The notes beneath the pieces are model-generated. The model saw only the letters and a program-made list of their open reading frames with translations. It was not told where the DNA came from and searched no databases. Shown here piece by piece: positions 1 through 13,560 of a stretch of 64,000 nt of DNA; positions within the stretch are counted from its first letter, which is position 1, and every line of letters starts with the position of its first letter. The translations under genes and the position numbers were made by a program. Source of the stretch: Octopus vulgaris (taxonomy: Eukaryota); NCBI GenBank assembly GCA_951406725.2, contig OX597819.1, forward strand, positions 127,224,001 through 127,288,000, given 5' to 3'.

Positions 1-682
1 ACATATAAATACATACATACATACATATATACCATATATATTTAAAACCAAATTCGTTTAAACCTGAGTATTTTATTGACATCTGTCTCGATTTTTTAAT
101 CCCTTTTTTTCTAATATATATATATATATCTTTACATTATATGTATGTGTGTTGGTATGTATGCATGTGTATGTAGTCATGTATGCTTGTGTGTGTGTGT
201 GTGTCTGTGTGTGTGTGTGTGTATGGTAACTCGATACACCAGAACATCCTAAGAGTCGTCATAGTTCCTTTAAGTGAGATCTTTATACGCTGAGAGTGCA
301 TAACTATTTGTATGCCATAGCCACAATATCTTTGCGTTCTTGGAAATGTTGTCTTAATCCGTTCCACGTTTCATGGAAATCATTGAATATGTTCGTCAGC
401 AAAATACATTACGCAAGGTTTTCTGGAACGTAGCGCTAGAAGAATTAACTGGGGTGGGGAATATGTGGAGTAGATAAACAAAAGAACTGATTCTCGAATA
501 CATCCATACAAAGACTGTTTGTATGGTAGTTAGTTGCACGCCTTAGATGTAAAGAACGTTAAGCACAAGGTTGTATGAATATATCAGCATTTTTCTGCTT
601 CAACATATGAAGAACCTCTTATTTGCTTGAATTTCTTTTACTAGAGTATCGATTTTTATATCAAAGTAATATCCTGTATTTA

Positions 683-1040
683 TGAAGGCGCATGGCTCAG
701 TGGTAAGAGTGCCGGGATCACAATCATGAGGTAGAGAGTTCGATTCCTTGACAGGGTTGTGTGCTGTGTTCTTGAGCAAGGCACTTTTAATTCTCGTTGC
801 TCCAGTTCATTCAGCTGTAGAAATTAGTTGCAATGTTACTGGTGCCAAGCTGTATCGGCCTTTGCTTTTCCCTTGGATAACATCAGTGGTATGAAAAGGG
901 GAGGCTGGTAAACATGGGCGACTGCTGGTCTTCCTTAAACAACCTTGCCCGGACTTGTGCCTCGGAGGGCAACTGTCTAGGTGCAATCCCATTGCCATTC
1001 ATTACCGAAGTGGGATCTTTACCTCTTTTTTTTACCTTTT
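683..1040 (+). mobile_element. tRNA-derived SINE family A (CORE-like central domain), tail type 1
   Basis: Box A TGGCTCAGTGG, box B GTTCGATTCC, central GTGTTCTTGAGCAAGGCACTT motif; imperfect TSD atcctgtattta/atcttatattta; homologous copies at 36870-37201 and 43740-44076. Confidence 0.85.
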
Positions 1041-1534
1041 ATCTTATATTTAACTTCTTGCTATTCATGACGGGGTCAGTTGGTCCTTAAAAATACAAAA
1101 ATAGAATTCAGATATAGAATAATGACAAGCTGTGTCACAACTGCTTGCATTGACCTAATAAGGTAGTGGAATGAGTTATAGTATTTAAAGGTGGTACCGT
1201 AATTCACGCATGCGCTTAATGGTATGAGTGTATCGTTTCTTTTTCCATGTACGGCAAATAAGAATCAAGTCATAACTGGGGAATAGAAAAAAATTTTAAA
1301 TGATGAATTGAGAATATAAATTAAGCCGAATTAGCAAAACGAATTAAAACATCGCCAAAACGTATCAAAATATATGGCAACGGTATCAAACTAAGGAAAT
1401 GACGAGTTGAGGATAATAGTTCAGAGTTTATACAGACGTACAGAACTCGGCAGACTTGCTACACAGAGAGAAACACGGGCGCGTGCGCTCGCATACACAT
1501 ATTGGGTGAACTAGTTGTCACTTTATTATTTTTA

Positions 1535-1738
1535 TTCTTATATACTTTACTTGGACTGGGGCCATGATGGGGCATAGTATTCAAGGCTTAGTCGCACAAA
1601 TCAGACCCAGAACTTAGTTTTAAGTTAGGTACTATTCTATCTTACTCTTTCGCCGAACCGCGAAGTTACAGAGACGCAAATAACCAACATTGGTTGTCAA
1701 GCGATGGTAGGGACACATACATATATACATACATGTTT

Positions 1739-1769
<31 letters not shown>

Positions 1770-1945
1770 TCAATATGTATATATATATGAGCTTCCTCAG
1801 AGTTTCTGCCCACCATATTCACTCCCGAGGCATTGGTCAGCTCAGGTCTATATTGAATACTTATATAAACTATCCAACACTAGTAATGAACTCGAAACCA
1901 CGTGGTTGCGAAGCGAGTTTCTTAACCACATATCCAAATCTGCAC
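1535..1945 (-). mobile_element. degenerate SINE family B copy
   Basis: Reverse-complement similarity to 2531-2943 (ttgtcaagcgatg, cactcccgaggcattggtc, internal CA tract). Confidence 0.6.
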
Positions 1946-2530
1946 ATGTAGTTGTTTTGCCCCACTCAGCATCAACTCTGATTGAATATATTTTTGATCA
2001 TAGTATTTCTAAAAGTATCCATGTTGTCATTTTGTATATCAGGGACTGCATTTTATTACGAATCCTTATATTTAAGACGGCAGGGCATGATTTTAGGGAC
2101 CTTTATCTGCTATTTACAGCAGTTCGAAGAACACTGTGCATCCGCCATTGTTAAATCGATGTTGTTTTGTAGAGTCAGTATTGCAAAGGAACCCAAGATG
2201 TTGCCCGAAATCACTCACATTATCTTTAGCTTCCATTGTTGTCGTTTAGACTCAGCTTTGATATGGCGGGTTCATGAGGTTGCAGACACATTCGAGCTGC
2301 AACCAAACTTGTTTTCCTTTCTAGAATTGCGAATCCTTCGAATTCTCACTTGTACAAGATCTCTTGATGACTCGTTTGTGGGTTTGCAGAATCTGTTAGT
2401 GGTCACAAGGGATGCGAGTATAGTAAACTTGGCCCGATTATAACAACCACTCCTCCTCTGCACCTTGTTATTTGTGGTATCCTCCCTCGTATAGTATTTG
2501 GCGTTACTAACGCTGTTTCTGTCTTTTGAC

Positions 2531-2698
2531 GCAGGAGCGGCTGTGTGGGAAGTACCTTGCTAACCAACCACATAGTTCCGGGTTCAGTCCCACTGCGTGG
2601 CATCTTGGGCAAGTGTCTTCTGCTATAGCCCCGGGCCGACCAATGCCTTGTGAGTGGATTTGGTAGACGGAAACTGAAAGAAGCCTGTCGTATATATG

Positions 2699-2729
<31 letters not shown>

Positions 2730-2943
2730 TTGCGTATCTGTGTTTGTCCCCCTAGCATTGCTTGACAACCGATGCTGGTGTGTTTACGTCCCCGTAACTT
2801 AGCGGTTCGGCAAAGAAGACCGATAGAATAAGTACTGGGCTTACAAAGAATAAGTCCCGGGGTCGATTTGCTCGACTAAAGGCGGTGCTCCAGCATGGCC
2901 GCAGTCAAATGACTGAAACAAGTAAAAGAGTAAAAGAGTAAAG
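2531..2943 (+). mobile_element. SINE family B (tRNA-like head, internal TA/TG microsatellite, (GTAAAAGA)n tail)
   Basis: Box-B-like GGTTCAGTCCC, CTTGGGCAAGTGTCTT core, tandem tail; near-identical copies at 8892, 17342 and 46426. Confidence 0.9.
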
Positions 2944-3541
2944 CGTATGTGTCATGTCTTCTGCACGAAGAAACTTGTGCATGCTTCCCTACTATAATGT
3001 AATGACACAGGCTTGGCTTAATACTCCAGTTTTGCACTATAAACGTTTGCTATAACAGGTATCAATGCGACTTCGTTATAGTTTAGCTATGAGGGAAAAT
3101 ACTTATTAGCATTGGAAAAAGAAACTAACATGGTAGTTACCACATTCTATAAATTGTCCCGGTATAATTTTTTTAACCGAATCCCATGGTATCTGTTGGA
3201 AATTGCTCCTCGCCTCCAAAGACTTTTGTCCTTTGTCTTTTCGGAATACTAAATTTCATTAGTCAGGTCTACCATCATTATCTTAGTTTGTGCTTAGAAA
3301 TATACGTGCATGTATGATTATGAATGTTATATTTGATATCCATACGCTCACACGCAGACTGCCACATATACACACCCTACCTCACACATGCACAAATATA
3401 TATATATATATTCGTGTACTTCTATGTCTCATAATATAAATGCCTATGTATATGTGTGTGTGTGTAGATATGTATTTGTATGTATATATGTATATGCATC
3501 TATATATGTATGTATATATATATACACATATATATATATAC

Positions 3542-3583
<42 letters not shown>

Positions 3584-3806
3584 ATATGTATATATATGAA
3601 TATACATATGTATATATGTATTAAATATATATCTCAATAGATAGGTAGATGGATACGTACATAATTACACACACACACAAACACACACATATATATAATA
3701 TATATACATATTATATATATGCCATATTTATGTTATGAACATGAACAAACACAGTACATGCACTCACACATATGTATATATACGCAATACTCTCTCTCTC
3801 TCATAT

Positions 3807-3875
<69 letters not shown>

Positions 3876-4945
3876 CGCATGTATGTATGTATATCTGAGA
3901 GGGAAAGAGAGAAAAGATGAATAGTGAAGGAATCAGGGAAAAGTGAGAAGCAATGGAGCAGAAGCGGGTGGGGGAGAAGAGGCCGAACGACTGTTTGTTG
4001 CTTTCGCATGAATTGGTAGCCATGTCTCTCAATATAATTTTTTCCCCTAAAACCTTCAGTCGAATATTATTCCGTATGCCCAACTGTTTATCAAAGTAGT
4101 TTGTGATTAAGTATTCTTTAAATCACAGTTAGCCAATTAATCATGGAATGTTTCATCACCAGATTCATAGTATGTATATCTAGTAAGTTATTTATGGAAA
4201 CGCGATACATTCACTCGTAAAACACAGTGGAGAACATAAGTCATAATATAATTCGTATAAATTATCTATGTCTACCTCATAGGGCTCCAGTTTTATCTAA
4301 TCAAGTTGACGCGGGGTATCTGTGTAATCAGGTTATATGTATAGTGATGAAAACTAGCAGAGGAACGATACGCCAATCTCAATTGACCATTTTGTCGAAA
4401 AAGTGTCAATATAAGAGATGAGTATCTGGTCTGATAAAAGCATTCTACTGGGGTATCGGCATTAAATTATTCAGTATTCAAATTCTGTTTCATGTATAGC
4501 GTCAACAGAAAATGGCACCCTTTGATTACGTGAAATGAAACGAAAGAGCGAAAAATCAACAAAAACAACAATTTAAACAGAGATTTGCATCACTTGTTCC
4601 GAGCTTGATATAAATTGGTTCCATGGCATGATAAAGACGGACATTAGAATTTTGTGATAGCAGGAAGAATTTTGTAATAGCAAATGTACAGAAATGGCCT
4701 TGTGATATCGGTTTCGAATTTTATCTGAAAATATCTCATTTAGCTACAACGAATCGATCTATTAATTTCTTTTGAATTACTAAGCATAAAAGCAACATTT
4801 TGGTTACAGAGACAAATATACCGATGAATCAATCCAATTGCATGACAGGTACGACTTGTTTTAGTGGAGTGGAAAGCAAAGCTGATCGTGTTGCATCACA
4901 AAATAGAATCAGGAAAGCAAATAAAGCAATATCTCTTGCTATATT

Positions 4946-5347
4946 CTTTTCTGATCTAGGTACAAAGGCCTGAAATTTTGGGGTGAGTGGGGCCAGTAGA
5001 TTAGATCGACTCCAGTCCGCTACTGGTACTTAATTTATCGACCCCGAAAGGATGAAAGGTAAAATCGACCTCGGCGGAATTTGAACTCAGAACGTAAAGA
5101 CAGTCGAAATACCTATTTCTTTACTACCCACAAGGGGCTAAACACAGAGGGGACAAACAAGGACAGACAAACGGATTAAGTCGATTATATCGACCCCAGT
5201 GCGTAACTGGTATTTATTTAATCGACCCCGAAAGGATGAAAGGCAAAGTCGACCTCGGCGGAATTTGAACTCAGAACGTAATCGGCAGACGAGATACGAC
5301 TACGCATTTCGCCCGGCCTGCTAACGTTTCTGCCAGCTCATCGCCTT
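4946..5347 (-). mobile_element. SINE family C, dimer (head + 2 units)
   Basis: Head (G)GCGATGAGCTGGCAGAAACGTTAGC, box B GAGTTCAAATTCC, two copies of the GTCGACTTTGCCTTTCATCCTTTCGGGGTCGAT domain; imperfect TSD tcttgc(t/a)atatt. Confidence 0.85.
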
Positions 5348-6365
5348 AAAAAAAAATATCTTGCAATATTGAAACAGAACTATCCTCTTATTATTGTCGA
5401 ATGAAAGGTCTTCCGTTTTAGGTTTCTAGTTACTTCCATCCTGAATTCCAGTCCCACCAATATTAGTTTTACCTTTATCTTTCCGAGTTCGTTAAAAGAA
5501 AATACCAGCCAAGCACTGGAATGAAAGTGATAGATAGTTCCCTTCCCTTCAGATTTTATAAGTTGTGTTTATGTAGAAAAAAAAAGCTAAAATTAACGGT
5601 TGCATCGATAAGAGAGTGACTAAAGGAATGGCTCAGTTTATACAATGTTTTTCTTGGTTCGAGTATATCATGTTCTGTGCGAGAATAGAATTGACCCGGC
5701 CGGAGCGTTGGTGGAGTTCAATGAGCTGCCACCAGTAATTGATCTGTTAGAACTGGAGCCGTATATGAGACACTAAAGAGAGAGAGAGAGAGAAAAAAAA
5801 AGGAAAAAGAAAGGAAAAATGAAAGGAAAAAGTGTTTGGAGAAAAAAAAATGATAATTAAGGAAAGAAAAAACCCAACAGATAGAGTGACAAGACTGTGT
5901 GTACAAACGTTCAAATGGTACTGCATGAGGAGTGGGACCCATGCAGCCATTTCATCTTCCATTATTATATAATATTCATACTCATTCGTTTTATGTTTAT
6001 TGGTCCCCACTGTGGTGATGTGTCTGTTCTTGTAGTGTCCCCTCTGTGTTAGTGGCCAGAGTGCCAAAATAAAGAAATTAAGTATATCATGTTCCACAAA
6101 TAATAGTGCAACCTTAGTGTAGATGCTTAATTCTTATTAATATCATCTAACATTAAGTATTAAACAAAACATGCTATAATCCACCTCCCTAAGTATCAGC
6201 TCTACATCCGTGTGTATACAGTAATACTCAGTTATCTAAGAATATCTAGATAGAAGCTAGATCGTCAAGATTGTCAATGCCATCTAGATGTCACTTACCA
6301 CATTCGCCCGACAATGTCATTATTGTATCTTATACATCCATGCTCGGTAAAATCAGTGCCGTATT

Positions 6366-7131
6366 CTTCTCTACTCAAGGCGCAAGGCTCGAAATTTTTG
6401 AGGAGGAGAACAGTCGATTAGATCAACCCCAGTGCGTAACTGGTACTTAATTCATCGACCCCGAAAGGATGAATGGCAAAGTCGACCTCGGCGGAATTTG
6501 AACTCAGAACGTAAAGACAGTCAAAATACGTATTTCTTTACTACCCACAAGGGGCTAAACACAGAGAGGACAAACAAGGACAGACAAACGGATTAAGTCG
6601 ATTATATCGACCCCAGTGCGTAACTGGTACTTCATTTCTCAACCCCGAAAGAATGAAAGGCAAAGTCGACCTCGGCGGAATTTAAACTCAGAAAGTAACG
6701 GCAGACCAAATACCTATTTCTTTATTACCCACAAGGGGCTAAGCACATAGGGGACGAACAAAGACAGACAAGCAGATTAAATCGATTACATCGACCCCAG
6801 TACGTAACTGGTACTTATTTAATCGACCCCAAAAGAATGAAAGGCAAAGTCGACCTCGGCGGAATTTGAACTCAGAACGTAACGGCAGACGAAATACCTA
6901 TTTCTTTACTACCCACAAGGGGCTAAACATAGAGTGGACAAACAAGAACAGACTAAGGGATTAAGTCGATTACATCGACCCCAGTGCGTAACTGGTACTT
7001 AATTTATCGACCCTGAAATGATGAAAGGCAAAGTCGACCTCGGTGTAATTTGAACTCAGAACGTAACGGCAGATGAAAATACGGCTACGCATTTTGCCCG
7101 GTGTGCTAACGTTTCTGCCAGTTCGCCGCCT
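6366..7131 (-). mobile_element. SINE family C, tetramer (head + 4 x 184-bp units)
   Basis: AGT(G/A)CGTAACTGG recurs at 6431, 6615, 6799, 6983; 18-bp TSD taaaatcagtgcc(g/a)tatt at 6348-6365 and 7132-7149. Confidence 0.92.
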
Positions 7132-7448
7132 TAAAATCAGTGCCATATTAAAGCTGTAGCGAGTCGAGTGAAATCAGAATGAAATCTCGTTAGCACAATT
7201 GAATGGTAGTAGAGTTTGCTTAGACATATTGCTTGAATAAATGCATTATTCCATTTTAATTAGTTCTCATTGGTCTCCATGTTTAAATTCCAATGGACTC
7301 GACCTATGTTAGGTATTGATTTTATGGATTAAACAAATGGTGGAATGATCCATTAGACTTTAACTCTTCATAACAAACTATTGAATGTTGTGTATCAAAT
7401 TACTGTTTGATCTCATATACCCTGTTATCATGTGGCTAGAACTATTTG

Positions 7449-8228
7449 AAAGGCGGGTGGATTGGTGGTTAGGGTATGCGGCACACGATCGTAAGGTCAG
7501 TCTTTCGATTACTGACGGGGCGTTGTGTCCTTGCGCAAGACACCTTATTTCACGCTGCTCCAGTACACTCTGCGGATCTTTTCACTTTGATCGGAAGATT
7601 TACAAAATAATTTTTTGTAACACCTGAAACGTTTTATATTCTTCAAATTACATGAAATTAATTCATTTAATACTATCTACTATGTTTGCACACACAGAAC
7701 TTAGCCAGATACATAAATATATAATTTGAAGAATATAAAACGTTTCAGGTGTTAAACATATGTGTATATATACACCGCCGGAACTTCTTGTTGACAAACA
7801 ACAGCAGTAATTATATTCACCTCAATAGATATCATTGATTGGTCGAAATTGCCGAAATACGAGAAATTTAACTACAAATAGCTTACAAACTACAGAATTT
7901 TCTCAAGAACGCTAAGAGAAAAAGACGTTTTATATGACACATTCTACCAGTATACGAAGTTTTAAAATGTTTAGTTACAAAGAAATTATTTTTTAAATCT
8001 GCCGGTCAAAGTGAAAAGATCCCATTCTGCTGGCAAAAATGAGCAGTGCTTGTATTTCAACGAGCCAGCGATCTTCCGCTCTATGTCACGCTGAATCTCA
8101 CTGAGAACTATGTTAAGGGTACTCGTGTCTGTGGAGTGCCTAGCTACTTGTACGTTAATTTCACGGATAGGCTATTCTGTTGATCGAATCGACTGGAACC
8201 CTTGTTGTAAGCGACGGATCGCCAGATT
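7449..8228 (+). mobile_element. SINE family A-related copy (tail type 3) split by a MITE
   Basis: Head and GTGTCCTTGCGCAAGACAC core at 7449-7573; resumes with tggcaaaaatgag at 8031. Confidence 0.7.
7574..8022. mobile_element. non-autonomous DNA transposon (MITE), Merlin-like termini
   Basis: About 48-bp TIRs starting GGATCTTTTCACTTTGA; 8-bp TSD cactctgc (7566-7573)/cattctgc (8023-8030). Confidence 0.85.
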
Positions 8229-8891
8229 AAGAACTATTTCGATCTGTATTTGCTGAAAAGAAACAACGAAAGAACAGACATTTCATTCAATGCCAAAATG
8301 AAGATTCATGATTTTTTACAAAAGAATAACCGCTGTAGTTGTTATTTAATCTCATTCAGCCCTCATTTAGTAGGGCTCTGTGCAACGGCCTTCCTGACGT
8401 TGCTATCCTATTTTTTGTTCTAGTTCAAAGACTATATTATCCAATTCTTTTCTCCCATTTTTATGAGGCTACGGTAGCATTTTAAGGAGATTACGCTGTT
8501 ATTTCTAGCATGACGGGAAATCGAGTTTAGTGCCATTTATTTCAGTGAAATGTTGCAATGCAGCCGTGATGCAGAATAACGTAGAAATGGAGAGAAACCT
8601 CATGATCTCATTATCAGCATAATTAGTTCAGGAAACGTTTTACTGGCGTAACTCACCTAAAAAGCAGACGGTAAATGGTAGGAACTCACAAAATTAGGAC
8701 AGCATAGAAAGGACTGGTGGAACCAAACCGATTTATTCCGAAAATATGGAGCATACAATATAAAAAAAAGACGTAGTCACGGTCATTTATTCTGATTCAG
8801 GTCAGCCTTGATCGAACAAAACTCTGCTGACCGTAGATAAAATTCTACATTCTCTGTCTACCCCGTTTATTTTTCAGAGCAATTTTAAAAA

Positions 8892-9295
8892 AGTGGCTGT
8901 GTGGTAAGTAGCTTGCTAACCAACCACATGGTTCCGGGTTCAGTCCCACTGCGTGGCATCTTGGGCGAGTGTCTTCTGCTATAGACCCGGGCCGACCAAT
9001 GCCTTGTGAGTGGATTTGGTAGACGGAAACTGAAAGAAGCCTGTCGTATATATGTATATATATATAAGTGTGTGTGTATATGTTTGTGTGTCTGTGTTTG
9101 TCCCCCTAGCATTGCTTGACAACCGATGCTGGTGTGTTTACGTCCCCGTCACTTAGCGGTTCGGCAAAAGAGACCGATAAAATAAGTACTGGGATTACAA
9201 AGAATAAGTCCCGGGATCGATTTGCTCGACTAAAGGCGGAGCTCCAGCATGGCTGCAGTCAAATGACTGAAACAAGTAAAAGAGTAAAAGAGTAA
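8892..9295 (+). mobile_element. SINE family B
   Basis: Near-identical to 2531-2943, same tail. Confidence 0.9.
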
Positions 9296-10139
9296 CTCAA
9301 TAGACAATGTATTCTTTCTTAAAGATGGTGAAGAATGACCTGAAGACAAGTAGGTTGCTATTCCTACCGGGTCGAGTCACTGTGTAGGGACTCCCTCTAC
9401 AGCTCGTTAAAAACGGTTTTCGGCATTGACATCCTGACTCGGTAACTGAAAATATACCATCTTCAAACAAGTAAAATAAATAAAGGCAGAACCCAGAAAA
9501 CGTATATACTTCCCATTTCTTGCAACAATTGTTCCTTGAAAAGCAGTAACAACAGCAGTTATAAGAGTTCGTGATGATAACTGGTTTACTCTTTTCTTCG
9601 TGTTTTACGTTTTACATCATAAGAAATCACAAAGTTCAAACATAATTATACACATGGAATTACGAAAAGAAATCTGGAGAGAAAAAATACTTCTCCCTTT
9701 TAGATTAACGTAAAATGCAAAGAAAAAATAGCAAACAGAGGAACATACATCTCGTATTCTTGTGGTATTTTCTGTGATCTTAAATGCAAAGATGTCTACA
9801 CCTGCAGGTTGTTAGTTATTTATTTCTCAGTAACAGTCTAGGGATCCCATCACTCTTTAGCTTTTCTAATTAGCTCCAAGCAAACTTGTGTGGTCTAGAT
9901 TAATATAACATAACGTTTGCACGTTCACTCAAAGCTTTGACGATATTCATGAAAGTTAAAAATTATGAAGAGATAAATAAATAATAAAAATTCGTTGGAA
10001 TTTTTGCTTCTTTAAAGAATAAATTCTTAACAGCTTGCCTTTTATGTTTTTAAACAGTTGTATGAGTATAAGAAGTTGTATTTTTTAGCTTTTTTCTATC
10101 GTAACATGCATGCAATTTTGAGTACCCCCTCCCACACAC

Positions 10140-10440
<301 letters not shown>

Positions 10441-10619
10441 AAAAATAAATAAATAAATAAATAAATAAAATAAAATAAATATATTTTATTGTACAGGAAT
10501 AGTTCGTCTTCTTCCGGATCCTCCCCTTGCGATGAACGTTTCTTTCAACCGTCAGTCATCTTCTGAACTATACTTTTTATGGTAGAGCGAGAAAGAGTAA
10601 GAAAGAGGGATCGAGAGGG

Positions 10620-10673
<54 letters not shown>

Positions 10674-11099
10674 AAGAGAGAGAGAAAGCAAGAAAGAGTG
10701 AGAGATTTCATGATGGAGAAGATAGAAAAGCCAGGAAACTTTTCGAAAGTCACACAAAATAAGAAAACATAAGCATCTTCTGACAATATCATGCTATAAA
10801 ATATCTATTTATAAGCATTTACAAGAAGCTAAAATATTCTCAAGCATCTAAGCGGCACACCAGCAACAGGATTACGGAAGAAATCGAAATCGAAATTTCA
10901 ATAAGTCAAGCTTAACAGAATCATCACTATTCTATAGAATTGTATAATGGTTGACCTACCAAAGGCAGCGTTTGTTCAGCTCATAGTGAATTATACAAGC
11001 CTGATAGCTTTCTCGTTGCTAGGTGCTAAGTTTTTGCCTTCGCCTGAACTTGGTTAACAGCTCTGTCAGAAAAACGAACTAGAACATTCAGATTTAATG

Positions 11100-11228
<129 letters not shown>

Positions 11229-11235
11229 GTAATAA

Positions 11236-11749
11236 ATGCCCTGATGCAGTACCAGGCGTGGCTCTCGTGGCTTCCGAACCGAACTGATTGGAAGTGTTAT
11301 CATGTACATTATTTTGTCTTGGTATAAAATATGGGCTACAGCAAATATTCTGCTCAATACAACAGATTTGTTTGTCAGTTGTTTGACCTTAACCAGTTGA
11401 GCATGTCCCTTAGTGCCTGACGATATGTGCATCTCTGATTACGAGCAGAAGTAGTGGGGGAGCATCGCAGCCATGTGATGAGAGGGATTCTTTGGGGTTT
11501 GAATAATTCACCTATGGAAACATGGGTGTTTCTTTCAACATCCTTAAACAACCCTTATTCAGGGACCTTTTGAGTGGGATGGGTTACTCGACCAGAAGAA
11601 AATTCTAACTGGGCCCCATCTGCATGGTCATATGGCTGTGATGCATGTGCCTGGTGTCCCCTTATCAGACGGGTAGTCATGATGGATATACTGGGCTTCG
11701 TATATTTTACCCCAGTGTCACTTTGATGGTATGCACTGCTCTCTCACTC
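11236..11749 (+). mobile_element. non-coding retroposon-like element embedded in (TAA)n
   Basis: Flanked by (TAA)n on both sides (11096-11230, 11750-11834); second copy at 54228-54731 on minus; no ORF and no clear Pol III boxes. Confidence 0.8.
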
Positions 11750-11813
<64 letters not shown>

Positions 11814-11835
11814 GTAATAATAATAATAATAATAA

Positions 11836-11959
11836 CCCTTTCAACTAAAGGCAGAAGGCCTGACATTTAGGGGCAGAGGAATAGTCGATTACATCGACCC
11901 CAGTGCGTAACTGGTACTTATTTCATCGAACCCGAAAGGATGAAAGGCAAAGTCGACCT
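11836..11959 (-). mobile_element. SINE family C 3' fragment abutting the Tx1 LINE
   Basis: tcgaccccagtgcgtaactggtac...ggcaaagtcgacc; no head. Confidence 0.75.
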
Positions 11960-13560
11960 AATCGCGATTGTGCAGGTTTGTGCCTCCCCAACCAAATCCT
12001 CGACGACAGGCGCCAACCTCTTCGCTAATACCTTAAACTCAATGTTATGCAGAGTTATGGGCCTGAAGTTATCTAATGTGTCCTTGTTTTCGTCTTTCCT
12101 TAGCAGCGTCACTACACTCCCAGGTCACAAAACTGGGAATACTCCCGTTCCGCTGCCAGTTGCAGTAGAGCGCTTCGAGGAGATCGGAGAACAAATCTGG
12201 CATATTTACGTTAAGTTCACCTAAACTGGGTGACTTGCGCCTCGTGCAGCCGACAATGGCACTCTGAATTTCGACTGAAATTATCTGTCTTTCATAGCGC
12301 TCAGCGTCGGATGTGGGGAGACGCGGCAAGCCGTTGAGATAGGGACTGATGTCTGCCACCATCTCCGTCCCGTCACTCTCGCCGAACAACCGAGCAAAGC
12401 GCTGGCGAAAGCTCTTACACATCTGCCTGGAATCGCCCAGCTCGTGTCCGTCTCGGTCCACCAAAGACCGAATTGTGGTCTTGTTACCATGCTGCGTCTC
12501 CACCACGCGGGCCCATCGGACAGCTTTGATCCCCTCATTTCTTAGAGTACGCGCCTTAACTCTGAAAATGCAACCTTCGTGTTTTGCATTGAAGAACTGG
12601 CCTAATGCCATTCTCGCTGCTATCACGTCGGTTGCAATGCCACTACAAATGGCCTCGTCTAGTTTAAATACTAACCCTTCCGCATTTCTATTTTTCCTAA
12701 CGTTATTTCTTTGCTAAACCCTATCGATATTACTCTAATCCCTCTTTTGAGAGCCGCCCACCACCTATTGCTGATGACCTCCCACCTGCCAGCTTCTACT
12801 TACCTAAATTGTTGACCCGGCCCTGTTGACCCGGAAAGATGTTCAGCATCCAGTACCCGGGTCCTAACCTAAGCGCCTTATTTAGGTTGACCGTACAGAT
12901 TACAAACTTATGGTTTGTACTTTTACGAATTATACAGATTTCAAACTTATTGTTTGCCATCCTACACTATTACTATCTATTTTCCTTGTGAAAATGCTAT
13001 CTATATGCGATCTAGATAATCCTATGCGGTTGGTCTAGGTCCACACTAATGCATTATGGAAATCATGTCGGTACTGTATTGTCGGTACTTGTGAGACAGT
13101 TGGAACTGGCTGATCAGGTGCTTGAGGCTTTTGCATCCCCCAAATATTCTATCAGCTACTCCCACACAATCCCACCGCATGTCTAAGATTCCGTTCTAGT
13201 CTAACAGTAAAGGGTGAGACGTACCTAGAAAGCCTCCCAAACGCCTAAATAAATCCGGCCGTTTAGCTCCCGTAGGGGCGTAGACGGCCACCAGTCTAAA
13301 GACTACCTTCGCTATTGCTTACGTCCAGGACCACCAACTACCCTTTCGTGTCCCGGAAGATCGACCTTACCCCGAGATCCAGTTCTTTCCTAAACAACAC
13401 TGCCACTCCACCTCACATTACCGGCCGACTAACAAATTAAAAGATCTGATAGTCGTCGAACATGGGGGCCACTGCGCGTGTACTCGAAATCCTGATCTCA
13501 CTGACAGCAATTATATCCAATTCTAGAGATTTAAGGTCATTGAGCAGGGTGGCCCAGATC
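11960..13560 (-). pseudogene. decayed Tx1/L1-clade LINE ORF2 (APE endonuclease, linker, start of RT)
   Basis: Minus-strand translations LLNDLKSLELDIIAVSEIR, FRLVAVYAPTG, GPGYWMLN, KSPS, DNFRPITLHNIEFKVLAKRL..EAQTC; multiple frameshifts and stops. Confidence 0.88.

Noticed and set aside
683-760. tRNA genes at SINE heads
   Set aside because: Boxes A/B are present, but there is no closed acceptor stem and they run into SINE bodies
1982-2443. 153-aa ORF
   Set aside because: No recognisable domain; probably chance or antisense to a decayed element
6366-7131. CRISPR-like regularly spaced repeats
   Set aside because: Whole 184-bp units repeat with no unique spacers; there is a SINE head and TSD; eukaryotic context
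10480-10585. Possible host exon after ttttattgtacag
   Set aside because: Short frames with stops, no donor or recognisable motif
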